Assembly (NCBI RefSeq): GCF_902459465.1
Contig: NC_047068.1
Coordinates: forward strand, 19,530,001-19,594,000
Reading direction: 5' to 3'
From: Asterias rubens
Taxonomy: Eukaryota
Length of the DNA stretch: 64,000 nt
Positions 33,501-45,500 of the stretch are shown here, piece after piece (the first letter of the stretch is position 1; the number at the start of each line of letters is the position of its first letter). Both the position numbers and the translations under genes were made by a program. Under the pieces are notes generated by a model, which saw only the letters and a program-made list of their open reading frames with translations, had not been told where the DNA came from and ran no database searches.

Positions 33501-36500
33501 GATCAAAAGATCTATTTTTTTATTGTAGTGTACAAAAAAAACTACACGTTGTTTCCCCCAGGCCATCACAATCGTCTATAAACCAATCTGGTGGCAATGC
33601 CGATTCATCATCTTTACATGTTTAAAACAGATCTCTGCATCCGCGATCATACTCAGAGACTTGGGATACGCCGGATCGCGGAGGAAAGAGTTCCATTTGC
33701 CTTCAGGCGCAACTTAATAAAAAGACTTTGAATAATCGCGGCCAACATTTGCAGAAACTCAATCTCGATATACTGGGCACTGTTCGCACTGTGTTATGCT
33801 GATTAACGTAAAGTGTACTCAAGGGACGTCTGTTGACAATCTGAGTGAATTGATCACAGAGTTATAGGCCTCGTTAAGATCTAGAGCAAGCACTCTCTCT
33901 TTACCTCACCTAACTCTGCTGACTCATCCATAGTTGCAAATCCCTATGGGTCAATTGCATACAAATGGAAAATGTTTGCTGTGTGTTTATATGCAAAGCC
34001 AGGTTCATACTTCTTTTGAATGTGAATGTGAGACAAATTTTGACGCCACATATTCGCAACAAACAGGTTGCAACAAGTAGGATTTGAAACTTTGAATGGT
34101 GGAAATACGACATAGAAAGGTTTGCGGTAACACCATACAATTATAATCTCTAAATGAGTTGGGGTGGTTCTGAAAACGAGACGTTTTGATCAGTACGCTC
34201 TGATCTGGAAATTCTGGAAATTCGCAACAGTTGACTTGTGCTCAACTCCTGTGAAACATTCGCTGTGAAAAACAAGGCTATGACGTAACAAAATTATCGC
34301 ATTTTAGCATTTGCAAGAAGTATGAACCAGGCTTAAACTGGTGAGCTACCAGTGTTTGTCTATTGGTCATCAATGCGCAATGTTCTCAATTGGCAAAAAT
34401 ACTTTATGGTAAGCTGTATCACATGTTTTATGTGTACGCTCTCTAGTTTTTGCAAACGTTTTAAATTGTAAAATTAAAAAACAAAGCTGTTTTGCTGATC
34501 ATTCTACAATAGTGGGCATACAACTGTTCATTATATGTTTAGCAGATTTCCTGATTTGTTTTTCTACATTTCCTCTTTTGTAAACACACTTTCATGTACT
34601 GTAGTAGGCCTAAAGTTTTTACCTTGTGTTGTAAAAACTACTGTACTGGAAATGCAAATATAGGGCCATGGTCGCTGTTGTGCAGGTCTGACTTTCACAT
34701 CAGAAGTAACTATTATAAATGGTAAACATATGCGAGTACAACCATGACATGTATAAACAGGTTTGTCATTAAAAGACACTGGACACTATTGGTAATTGTC
34801 AAAGACCAGTCATCTAACTTGGTGTATCTCAACATTTATGCATAAAATAACAAACCTGTGAAAATTTGAGCTCAATTGGTCGTTGAAGTTGCAAGATAAT
34901 ATTTTGGTTACCAATTTTTATATAAAAAGTGTATTAAAGACACTGGACACTATTGGTTATTGTCAAAGACCAGTTTTCTCACTTGGTGTATCTCAACATA
35001 TGCATAAAATAAACCTTTGAAAATTTGAGCTCAATTGGTCATCGTAGTTATAATAATGAAAGAAAAAACAACCTTGTCACACAAAGTTGTGTGCTTTCAG
35101 ATGCAAGTTGATTTCGAGACCTCATCTAATTCCGAGGTCTCAAAATCAAATTTGTGGAAAATTACTTTGTTCTTGAAAACTACGTTATTTCCGAGGGAGC
35201 TGTTTCTTACAATGTTTTATACTATTAACCTCTCCCCATCACTCGTTACCAAGTAAGGTTTTATGCTAATAATTATTTTGAGTAATTACCAATATTGTCC
35301 ACTTCCTTTAATGCACATATATGCTGGGATACAACCAAGTGAGAATACCCCTGAGTCTTTAATAGTTTCCAAAAGTGCACTGTCCAAAGAGATCACTGCC
35401 TCCAGGAATCTGCAATGGCTCGATCCTTGAATTAAGCATGGTTGAATTACATACACACATTCCCACTAGCAGTCAAACCATGGACGAAGATGTCATGGTC
35501 AAACTGATCGTTGATTAATAACTTCAATCTAATGATTGTGGAGTCTCTCGACTTTCAATCCCATAATCTAATCATTGGTTACATGGAAATTGAGAGGGGA
35601 CGAAATTGAGTGGGTGAAAAGTGCACTCTGACTTTTGAGTGCAAGATTTAAAGGCACTGCATGGACACTATTGGTAATTACTCAAAATAATTATATTTAC
35701 TGTAGATACTACTGTAGCATAAAACATTGTGAGAAACAGCTCCCTCTGAAGTAACATAGTTTTTGAGAAAGAGGTAATTTCTCACTAAAATAATAAAAGA
35801 CTTCTAGCTAGAAGTCTTTTATTCTTACTGAAAGCACACAAATAATAAAAGACAGGCATGAAGCCTTTTCAGGCATCTGAAAGCATGTATACATTGTGCA
35901 ATGGGCGTTTTTTCTTTCATTATTTTCTTGCAACTTTGATGACCAATTGACAATGTTATGACAATGTTATTGTATGCATTGGGATGTAGTGTACACGAAG
36001 TGAGAATACTGGTCTTTTACAATTATTACCAAAGGTGTCCGGCAGCCGATTTCACCAAACGCTCTCGAGTTAGGACGAGTCCTAACTCCAGATGGGTTCA
36101 ATGCGTCCTAACGTCTTTGGATACAGAAATTTACTCGTCCTAAGTCTTAGGATTAATCCTAAGTTAGAAAAAGTTTTGTGAAATCAACGGCAGAGCCTTA
36201 GGGATCTCTGCTCAGTCATATAACCATTTTATAATTCTACTCTTCCCTCCTGCTAAATCTTTTTGTATAAATATCTTTGCATTCTAATTTTTTCTTCTCA
36301 GTACAAGACTGGTCAGCTGTATATGATTGCCAAGCACAGCAATGAACAGTCACATAAAGGAGAAGGTGTTGAAGTAATAAAGAATGAAGACTGTCATGAT
36401 CCAGTGCATGGCAAGGGGAGGCTAACAGAGAAACGGATCTACCTGTCTAGGTTTGTATATATCGGTTGGGACTTAAAACCATTTAGGGTGGCATGGTTGG

Positions 36501-39500
36501 CTTGTGCGTAAAGCGCTCGCGTCTCACCAAGGGTGATCCTGGTTCGATACCCCACCAGGGCCAGTTGAGTTGCGCGTTGGTTCTTTGCTGTGCCACTAGG
36601 GTTTTCCAAATAAACATAGGGTTTAAAACAAATAAACATTGGGTGGCATGGTTGGCTTGTACGTAAAGCGCTCGCCTCTCACCAAGGGTGACCCTGGTTC
36701 GATACCCCACTAGGGCCATTATGTGAGTTGAATTGTGCGTTGGTTCTCTGCTGTGCCACAAGGGTTTTCCAGACCATCCGGTGTCCCTCCCTCAGGAAAA
36801 AAATTATACACTTTCAATCTCTGGCTGTACTTCGTGATCATGATGGTTGATGTAGCTGGCTGCCAACGGGCGCCCTTGCATGCCGATTCTCGAACACGTT
36901 GTAGCTGCGTCCTTCGCAATTCAGCTCTTAGCTGCGAGTAAGGATGATTAGTCTCCCAAATTAATGATTATAATTGTTATAATTAATATTATTATTATTA
37001 TTTGTAGATTGTTTTTAGTCAATGTAATGCTGATTTATTGGAATTAATTTCAAGAACGATACAATAAAGCCATGTTCCCATTGGACGTTTTCTGTCGCTG
37101 CCACGGGGAAAGTTATGCGACTGGCTTTGGTAGCACATCTTCGGTGAAAAGCAGGATAGAATAATTCTACCGTTCAATCCCACCTGGACTCATATTCCCG
37201 GAAGTTTATAGGCTTCTATAGCACTTTATGTAATTTTTGTAAAAGGCACTTTAATAGATATTATTTTTATTTATAACAAGTAAGCTTTCGGATATAATTA
37301 CACAATTTCGTTTTGGGGTCATTACCAAAATCGGATCCTACCAAAATAAATACCTTTAACACTTAAAACAGAGTAAACAAATTGCGAAATCTGTTTCCAA
37401 ATTTACAATAACAGATGGAGCACACTTGGGATGTGCCACGTTTGTGACTATTGTAATTGGATAGCATTCTATTTTTAATCATGGAAAGTGCGTTGACATC
37501 TGCTCCTCATTTTACAGGTTGGCTCAAATTACACACAAGAGATAAGGATATCACTGGTACCCTGCACTGCTGTTGCAATTCTCAATTTGGAATGGAATCG
37601 CTAGAAAGGATTAAAAATTTACACAGAAGACAAAAGTTTTTTATGTTTCTAAAGCAAAATAAGCGTAAACTACAATGTACATAGTGCACAACCCTAGTTT
37701 GTAAAAAACCAACAACAGCCCTGGAATTTCACCTTTGAGAGGGCATGGCCATTTTCCTTTTGCAAAGGGCACTTCCATTGGAAAGTCAATGTGAAACTTC
37801 TGAAGGGGCGCTAAGGCCATACCAGGGGCAACGTAGACCATGCCTCTGAGACTTCCGTGTAATTCCAGGCCTGCTACAATACTATCCCTTTAAGCAGCAG
37901 GCCTGGAATGTTGTTGGGAGGTCGTGGACTCTGTTACTTTGGTCTTGGCTCCTAGCCTTCGTACTTAAAAATATTTCGGCCAAATGCAGATAAAAATAAA
38001 TGTTTTTTTTTACTTTGTCCATGTTATCAGTACAGATTGCTCCCTCCAAAGTCCGTCTTAAAACTGAAATTACCAGAGAGAGAGAAATAAAATACTTTTG
38101 ATTTAGCTGTCATTAATTTCAACAATGCACAAATATGTAGAAATTACCAAGCAATACATTAGTATGAGATGCAAATTAATGGCAACGTTTTAGGGAGATT
38201 CTTTTGTTCCCTTACATATGGACCTGGACAAACAAACATGTGTACAGTTACCACGCATCATTACATGTGAATTAAACTTGAATTAAATTTTTTTTTTTTA
38301 TTTCCAATTATGCACTGAGTCTGTGAATCTCCTGTAAATTGTAACATCTGAGAGAAGTTCTTGGTCTGGAATAAGGGGGACACAGACTCGCAAGCCATTT
38401 TTTCAGGAATTTTTTACTTAAATTGTCCAATCTCATCCCGGAATAACTCCTGTAATTTTGTCTCACAATAATTTATAGACAAAAATCCCTTTAATACATA
38501 GACAGAAGCGCGGTATTTGTTTCAAGGTTGACATTATTACGCTCTGCTGACGCCTCTATGAAACTTGTTCTCATTTCTTGTTTTCATTTGGGAATACACA
38601 ATTAATTAGATTGACGGGTGTTCAGATATTGACGTTGTATTGGACTTGAAGTAGACAAAGTGACGTATTCAACGCTGGTATAAAAGTCTGTACAAACACA
38701 ACATCACGTATGTAAACACTACATCACATCGTGCACGTACACCTGTCCACCACGTCACAAACTAACCATCTTACATTGTTGACTGCGTGTATTCATTGAT
38801 TTTAATACAGGAAGTTATGATATTGAAATACCAATTTGTCTACAGTATTAATTGCTCGGCATACATTCATCATGAGGTTCACAAACAGGGATGTTTGTGA
38901 GGCTTACTTGAAAGGGTTTTGTTGCTGTGTGTATTTCCTGCTGACTTTAATTATTAAAACAGTTGCTCAAGTTAATGAGATTTGTCCGATGCTACCATAT
39001 GAGCCTGTTCATTTCAGCAGGCTGCATGTGATGCATTGAGGCACACAGCTCTCTTAAGGTTGCAACACAAATTGTGGACACACGTGTTTCAAATTTGTGG
39101 CTTGTCGTGGTGGAGCTGTGTCTACATGTAGTTCACCAGACCCAAGCTCTAGTGTTATCAGCACCAGAGTGTGGGTTCATATCCTGGTCATGACACTTCT
39201 GCCCTTGAGCAGGGCACTAAACCATAACTGTGTCAACAAAAGTTGGGAAGGTAGTGCATTCTGCTCTACCATCAGGCTCCCTATGGATTGTTTCAGCCCC
39301 TGAAGCAGAAATGTGGCAATGTGCCCCTATTGACAGTTGATTTGAGTTGACTGCCCAAATAAGTTAAGTGTGACCATAGAGTAAGGACAGCCTCATATTG
39401 AAATGGCCATCCAGTCTTGTGATGTAAGGCAATCTCTCATCAAAAGAAAAAGAAAAACCAAGTTTGTTATCACTTTAACGCCAATATTTAACCAAATTTA

Positions 39501-42500
39501 CTTTGCCAACAGCTGTATTATTGTTTGGAATATTTTGGAGATTCTTGAGTCATCGTTTTCCTTGACATAGGTTTTCATAATTAGTTCTGTGATGAGATGT
39601 TGTCATTAATAAAAAATAAATAGAATAGTTTGGCGAATATACCGGTATATTCTAAAAATGATTGCGTATTGGCCTGATACGTTAGGCATGGAAGAACCCT
39701 GGTGTGCCGCCCTTGTGTTACCAAAAAATATTCCCTTTGCACACATGTATTACATGTCCACATATATTTATACGATTTAAACAACTAGACATAGAGTCAA
39801 CCCCCTTGGTAATGTTCACTTGGGTGACATTCATGCGTCTTCATGCACGTCTGCCACATAGTTAATCCCCTAAATTCAGTCGTATGAAATTGTCAAAACG
39901 ACATACGGTAGCTATCACAGTCAGTAGCTATTGCTGATGAATCAAATGAAACTAATTTGTCAAGCAATTTGGCGGTTGATTAGAAGCACAAGATGAAATT
40001 TTGCGCGTGATTGCCCGTTGAATCCGGGGTGTTATGTGTAGACTGGTAACCAAGGATGCGGAATCATTTTGTTGTGTGTTAAGTGGCGCATGGCATGGAC
40101 ATCTTTCTATTTTTCTTCATCACAGTCCGGCATTCTGTCAATGAACAATTTGAAGCTGCATTACATCAGTGTGGATTCTCCTCTGACTGCGTTGTGTTAT
40201 TATAAGGCTTGGACTTGACAAAACCGGCTACTTGGCTGACTGTATACACCGTAGCACCTTGCAAACCCTTATAAGGTTCTAAATAATTGGGTCTCAGAAT
40301 TCATCACTGCAATAACCTATCTTTCTGAAAGTTTGTATATATACTCAGCGCCTTGAGAACCTTGCTTGGTAGATACTTGCGCTATGTAAGACTTGGGTTA
40401 CCAAACGTACGCTATGTAAGACTTGGGTTACCAAACGTACGCTATGTAAGACTTGGGTTACCAAACGTACAGACCCTTTAATATACTCCATGGATGGCTG
40501 ATTGCAGTAATCCTGTAAGCAACACTGCCTAAGGTTTGAAATCAAGCCCAGTGATGCTGATACAGACAGCTCTACTTGTCAGACACCCCTGTGGTAATAG
40601 CACGGATCATTCACAAGCTCATCATGTTCTCTGTTTTGCCCAGTTCATTCATGGCTCGACTTTAGACTTGTAATCAAGTCATCGCTTGCTATATATACAT
40701 TCCTACAATCACCTTCTGTGCACGAGCCTACATGTAATGTGCTGCTGTGTGCAGGCTCTAAATGTGACATTGGACTTTATCAAGTCTAGGCTCAACCAGT
40801 AACATAATTTTCTTGTTTTAAACAAATCTATTCCATTCAAATTTCCTTCATTTTAGAAGAATGCTTTGACCAACCTTTGGCTAGGCCTATTATATGTATA
40901 ATTCTCTCTGTTGTGCAATACAAATTAAGTGCAATGTTTAATAAGTTTGCCCCTGTTTTGATTCACGCTTTTTTTCTCTTTTTTCCTTTTTTTTTTTGCA
41001 GTCGTCTCCCAACGTGGGTACAGAAATCCCTCTCCAAAATATGCAACTATTTCTACGTCACAGAAAAGGCATGGAACTACTTCCCACACACCATCACAGG
41101 TTAGTAAGATCATGAATTGTTGCAATACAGTATGAAGTTAAGGACACCCTTTCTAACAGCATCAGGATTAATGCAGTTTGACTATCAAAATGGGGAGCGT
41201 GGCAGACAGCCGGGTGTGACGTTGGTCCAAGGGATCAGCAGAGAAACTAGCAAACGCTTTACAATGACCAACCATAGTCGAAGCAGCTGCTTGCATCATA
41301 AACATGCTCAACTTTGGGGGGAAAATATTTTTAAAAAACGCTGGGCTATTTTACATTAGCTCCAAACTTTTACTGGACCAATGAGGTGTTAATATTGAAA
41401 AATACAAGACTTCGTCGGACTTGTACAGTAGACGGGTGTGACATTGATGCAAGGGATCAGCAGAGAAACAAGCAACCGTTTTACAATGACCAGCCCTAGT
41501 CGAACCAGCTGCTTGCATCGTAAACATGCTCAAAACTTCTACTGGACCAACGAGGTGTTAATGTTGAAGAACAAGACTGTCGGACTTGTACGTTTGTACT
41601 TTTACTGGCCCGACACTAAAATCACTGGCCTCAGGCCAGCAGTCCAGTTTTTAAATTTAAAACCCTGTTGCACCATCTTCGAGCATTTAAATTTGGGAAT
41701 GTCCAATAATTTTATCATAGTACCAGGTTTGCTCTAATTGACCCCTTGCACGCACGTCACTGTGCCACGCTCACCATTTTGGTGGTCAATAGGTTTACGT
41801 GTAAACGCCGCGTACGTTCCAAGATTATTCAATGATGACGTCGGGTGAATTAGGTCAATACAATACATGTAGTAGGTCTTTAGAGTGAAGTGTACTATTT
41901 TAGACAAGGATGGCTTTCAAAATTCACAAACAAAATCTGTGGTTTCAGTTGGTACCATTTATATTTTCAGCAGAAACTTCCCACAGGAAGAAGGCCAACA
42001 GTTGTCAAAACATCTGCTTCATGGTTACATAAACATGAGTGTGGTGCCATGTCCTGTACAATCGGGGGAATTCCACAGGAATTATTTGTCCGGTCCAATT
42101 GGGGAATTCCACAGGAATCATTTGTAGTTATATTCCAGATTTTCATGTTATTTCCTGTCAACATTTCAGGCTACATAGTGCTCTATTGTTTATCCCTTAA
42201 AAAGTAACTTGTTCAAAATAATTTACACACAAGATCTAAAACATAGTGCTCACCAGGGGCCAATTTCATAGCACTGCCTAACCATTAACAGTAAGCAAAA
42301 TTCCTGCCAACTATAGACGATGTGACCCCTGACGTAACTCGAAAACCATAACATGATTTGCGCGCATACCGCCGGGCAAAACCTTTGTGTTTTGGCAGCC
42401 AGCTAGAAAGTACACGCAATGTTATCATGACTACGTGTCTTTTTGCCCGGCGAAACATGACGTGTACAGTGTTTTGTCAACAGAGGGCAGTTTGAATGTA

Positions 42501-45500
42501 AACATAGGTCACATCGTCTTATAGCAATGAAATTTGCTTTTAGCATAAGTGAATGAATTCACTGGTCACATGTAGCAAGAAAATTAGGCAGTCAGCCTGC
42601 GCGTTCACCATCTACATTGTGATGTCATTCATTTTCTTATTGTAAGCACTAGAAGGTTTGTGTGCCTTTTCGTGTGCACAATTACCAGCGCTATGAAATG
42701 GAAACACAAATAGAGTGCAATAAAATTAGCCATTAATCGGCTCTATTAATTAAGGCCTAATATTGATAACCTAATAAAACTCATTTCATCATGCCCTAAT
42801 TGTTTTCTTCAAGTTCTTTTAAAATCGGTTTACATCATTTCTTCTTTCGCATTGATAAAGCAGACATCAACACACAGGTCCCTAAATTTCATGGAGCTGC
42901 TTAAAAGCACAAAAAGTAGCTTAGCTAAGCACAACAAAATTATACTTACCAAACTATGATTTGCAGCCAAAATGCCATTTCACATGTACAGTCTGTGACT
43001 GGTATCCTGCTAATATTTGCTTAGCAGAAACTTTGTTTTTGTAAGGGCAAGGCAGTTACCTTCAGAAGACAGTCACCTCCATGAGGGATAAACCAATTAG
43101 CCTTTCTCATGAAATATGCATACATACACTGGCAAACACCATCTATAAGAGTTAGTGCACCAGGGAGATGCACAATTGCATCATGCCCCATAAAAAAGGC
43201 GCGATGTTCCCGTATTTCGCAAACCAGTAAGTGTTAGTGCCCACGTGCAATCGCAATTGACGCATCTCTTGGGAATTGTCTAATTGTAGTTTATAGCCAC
43301 TTATGGGGCACCATGGCAATACAATGATCATTGGCAGGGCTCCAGCGGCTGGGGGAAATCCACAAGACTGTTAGGCTTGTAGCTCAAAATGTTTACTGGA
43401 CCTGGGCCCGATTTCATAGAGCTGTTAAGCACAATAATTTGCTTAGCATGAAATATCTTCCTTGATAAAAACAAGATTACCAACCAAATTTCTGTTTGTT
43501 GCATATTGCTTGTTCCTGGTATTCAGCTGTTGTTTGCTTATCATGAAAATTTCTGTTTGTTGCATATTGCTTGTTCCTGGTATTCAGCTGTTGTTTGCTT
43601 ATCATGAAAATCGCGTGGAAATTTGGTTGGTAATCCTGTTTTTATCAAGGAAGCAAAATTGTTGTGCTACGCTGCTCTATGAAAATAGGCCTAGATGCTT
43701 CACATCAAATAGGTTTGCGACATTGTTTCAGAGCAAGGTAGTTTTTATCTTTTGTATGTAATAAGCAATGAGCTAAGTATTAATTTTTACTGGAAGATGT
43801 CAAGGGGCACCAACGGACCAGGGGCCGCTTGAAGGCACTGTGACTCTGTGAAGCAAATATATAAGATCTGATCAGATGCATCCTGCTTGGTAGTCACCCA
43901 AAGCACTGTACATGTACTATGTATTGTACACATGTGTAGACAGTACTATGCACAAAACATCATTGCGATAAAATGGACTTGGCGTCACTTTCATTAATGA
44001 CACACCACAAAGCGGATGATATAAATAATGTGGAGTGTTTGAACATGACCATCTGGCATCGCTTACAGGCATACTTTACATACATTATGAACACACAGCA
44101 AAAATAGGTAATCGGGGCAACTGGTAATCCTTCACATGACCTATGGGGAACGTATACACTTGGCAGGTACCAAGTAAGATGAACCATGATTGATGAACAT
44201 GTAATCTCCACAAATCATCAACCATCAGTCAATATCTGCCAATGATTGGTCGATATGTGGGTCACATACACAGTATTCAGCTCATCGTTTGAAGCCTGGT
44301 TCATACTTCCTGTGAATGCGAAGAAGGAGCAAATGTTGACGTCACAAATTCACAACAAATAACGTTTATCTTACTTGCGAATATCGCTGCGAAAGGTAGG
44401 TTGTGACGTCAAATTCACGTCAAATTTGCATCGCGTTCGCAGGAAGTATGAACCGGGCTTAATTATTTCTGACAATTGTTTCCTTTTATCGAAAGTACAG
44501 CTTTGATATTAAGTGCTTTGGCTTAGAATCCGGCCTAGTGGGCTCTGTCAGCCTACTACAATCCCTGTATCAAAAACACATGTTTTGTTTTTTTAATAAC
44601 TTACAAAACCTAAGCAACAGCCTTAAAGGCAGTGGACACTATTGGTAATTACTCAAAATATTTATTAGCATAAATCCTTTCTTGGTGACGAGTAATGGTT
44701 AGAGGTTGATGGTATAAAACATTGTGAGAAACGGCTCACTCTGAAGTGCCATAGTTTTTGAGAAAGAAGTAATTTTCCATGAATTTGATTTTGAGACCTC
44801 AGGTTTAGAACTTGAGGTGTCAAAATCAACCATCTAAACGCACACAACTTCGTGTGACAAGGGTGTTTTTTTCTTTCATTATTATCTCGCAAGCTCGATG
44901 ACCGATTGAGCTCAAATTTTCACAGGTTTGTTATTTTATGCATATGTTATGATACACCAACTGTGAAGGCTAGTGTTTGACAATTACCAATAGTGTCCAC
45001 TGCCTTTAAGACCTGGTTTTTAAATTGGGCTCTACATGTATTTCCTTCCTCCACAGTTAAACAAAATAAAAGTAACTTATTGGGTGAACAAAGACAAATT
45101 TACTCAAGTATAAGTTGAACCAGCAACTACTGGATTTAAAGTGCCAGGGATGTACAAACTGAGGCATCAAAGGCTTAATGGCTCAGTTGTTAGCCTACGT
45201 GTAACCGAAGGTTGCAGATTCAAATCACGCTCTAGTCAAACTATGGTAAATTTAAAAGTATTTATTGACCCCTTGCACGCGTATCACGCGCGGCTACCAA
45301 TGCCACCCTCACCATGTTGGTGAGCAGTTAGGTTTACATGTATTAACACCGCGTCGCCTATAAAATGCACACTTTCACTGCATAACGCGCGGCATAGAGT
45401 TAATGTAAAAACACACTGTGAAATTGCCCACCAGTATGGCGCATTCAAGATTTTTCTGCTGATGACGTCAGGTGAAATGGGTCAATAGGAGAAGAATCGT

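Noticed and set aside
40381-40470. 30-bp direct repeats as a CRISPR array
   Set aside because: No spacers, eukaryotic context and no cas genes.
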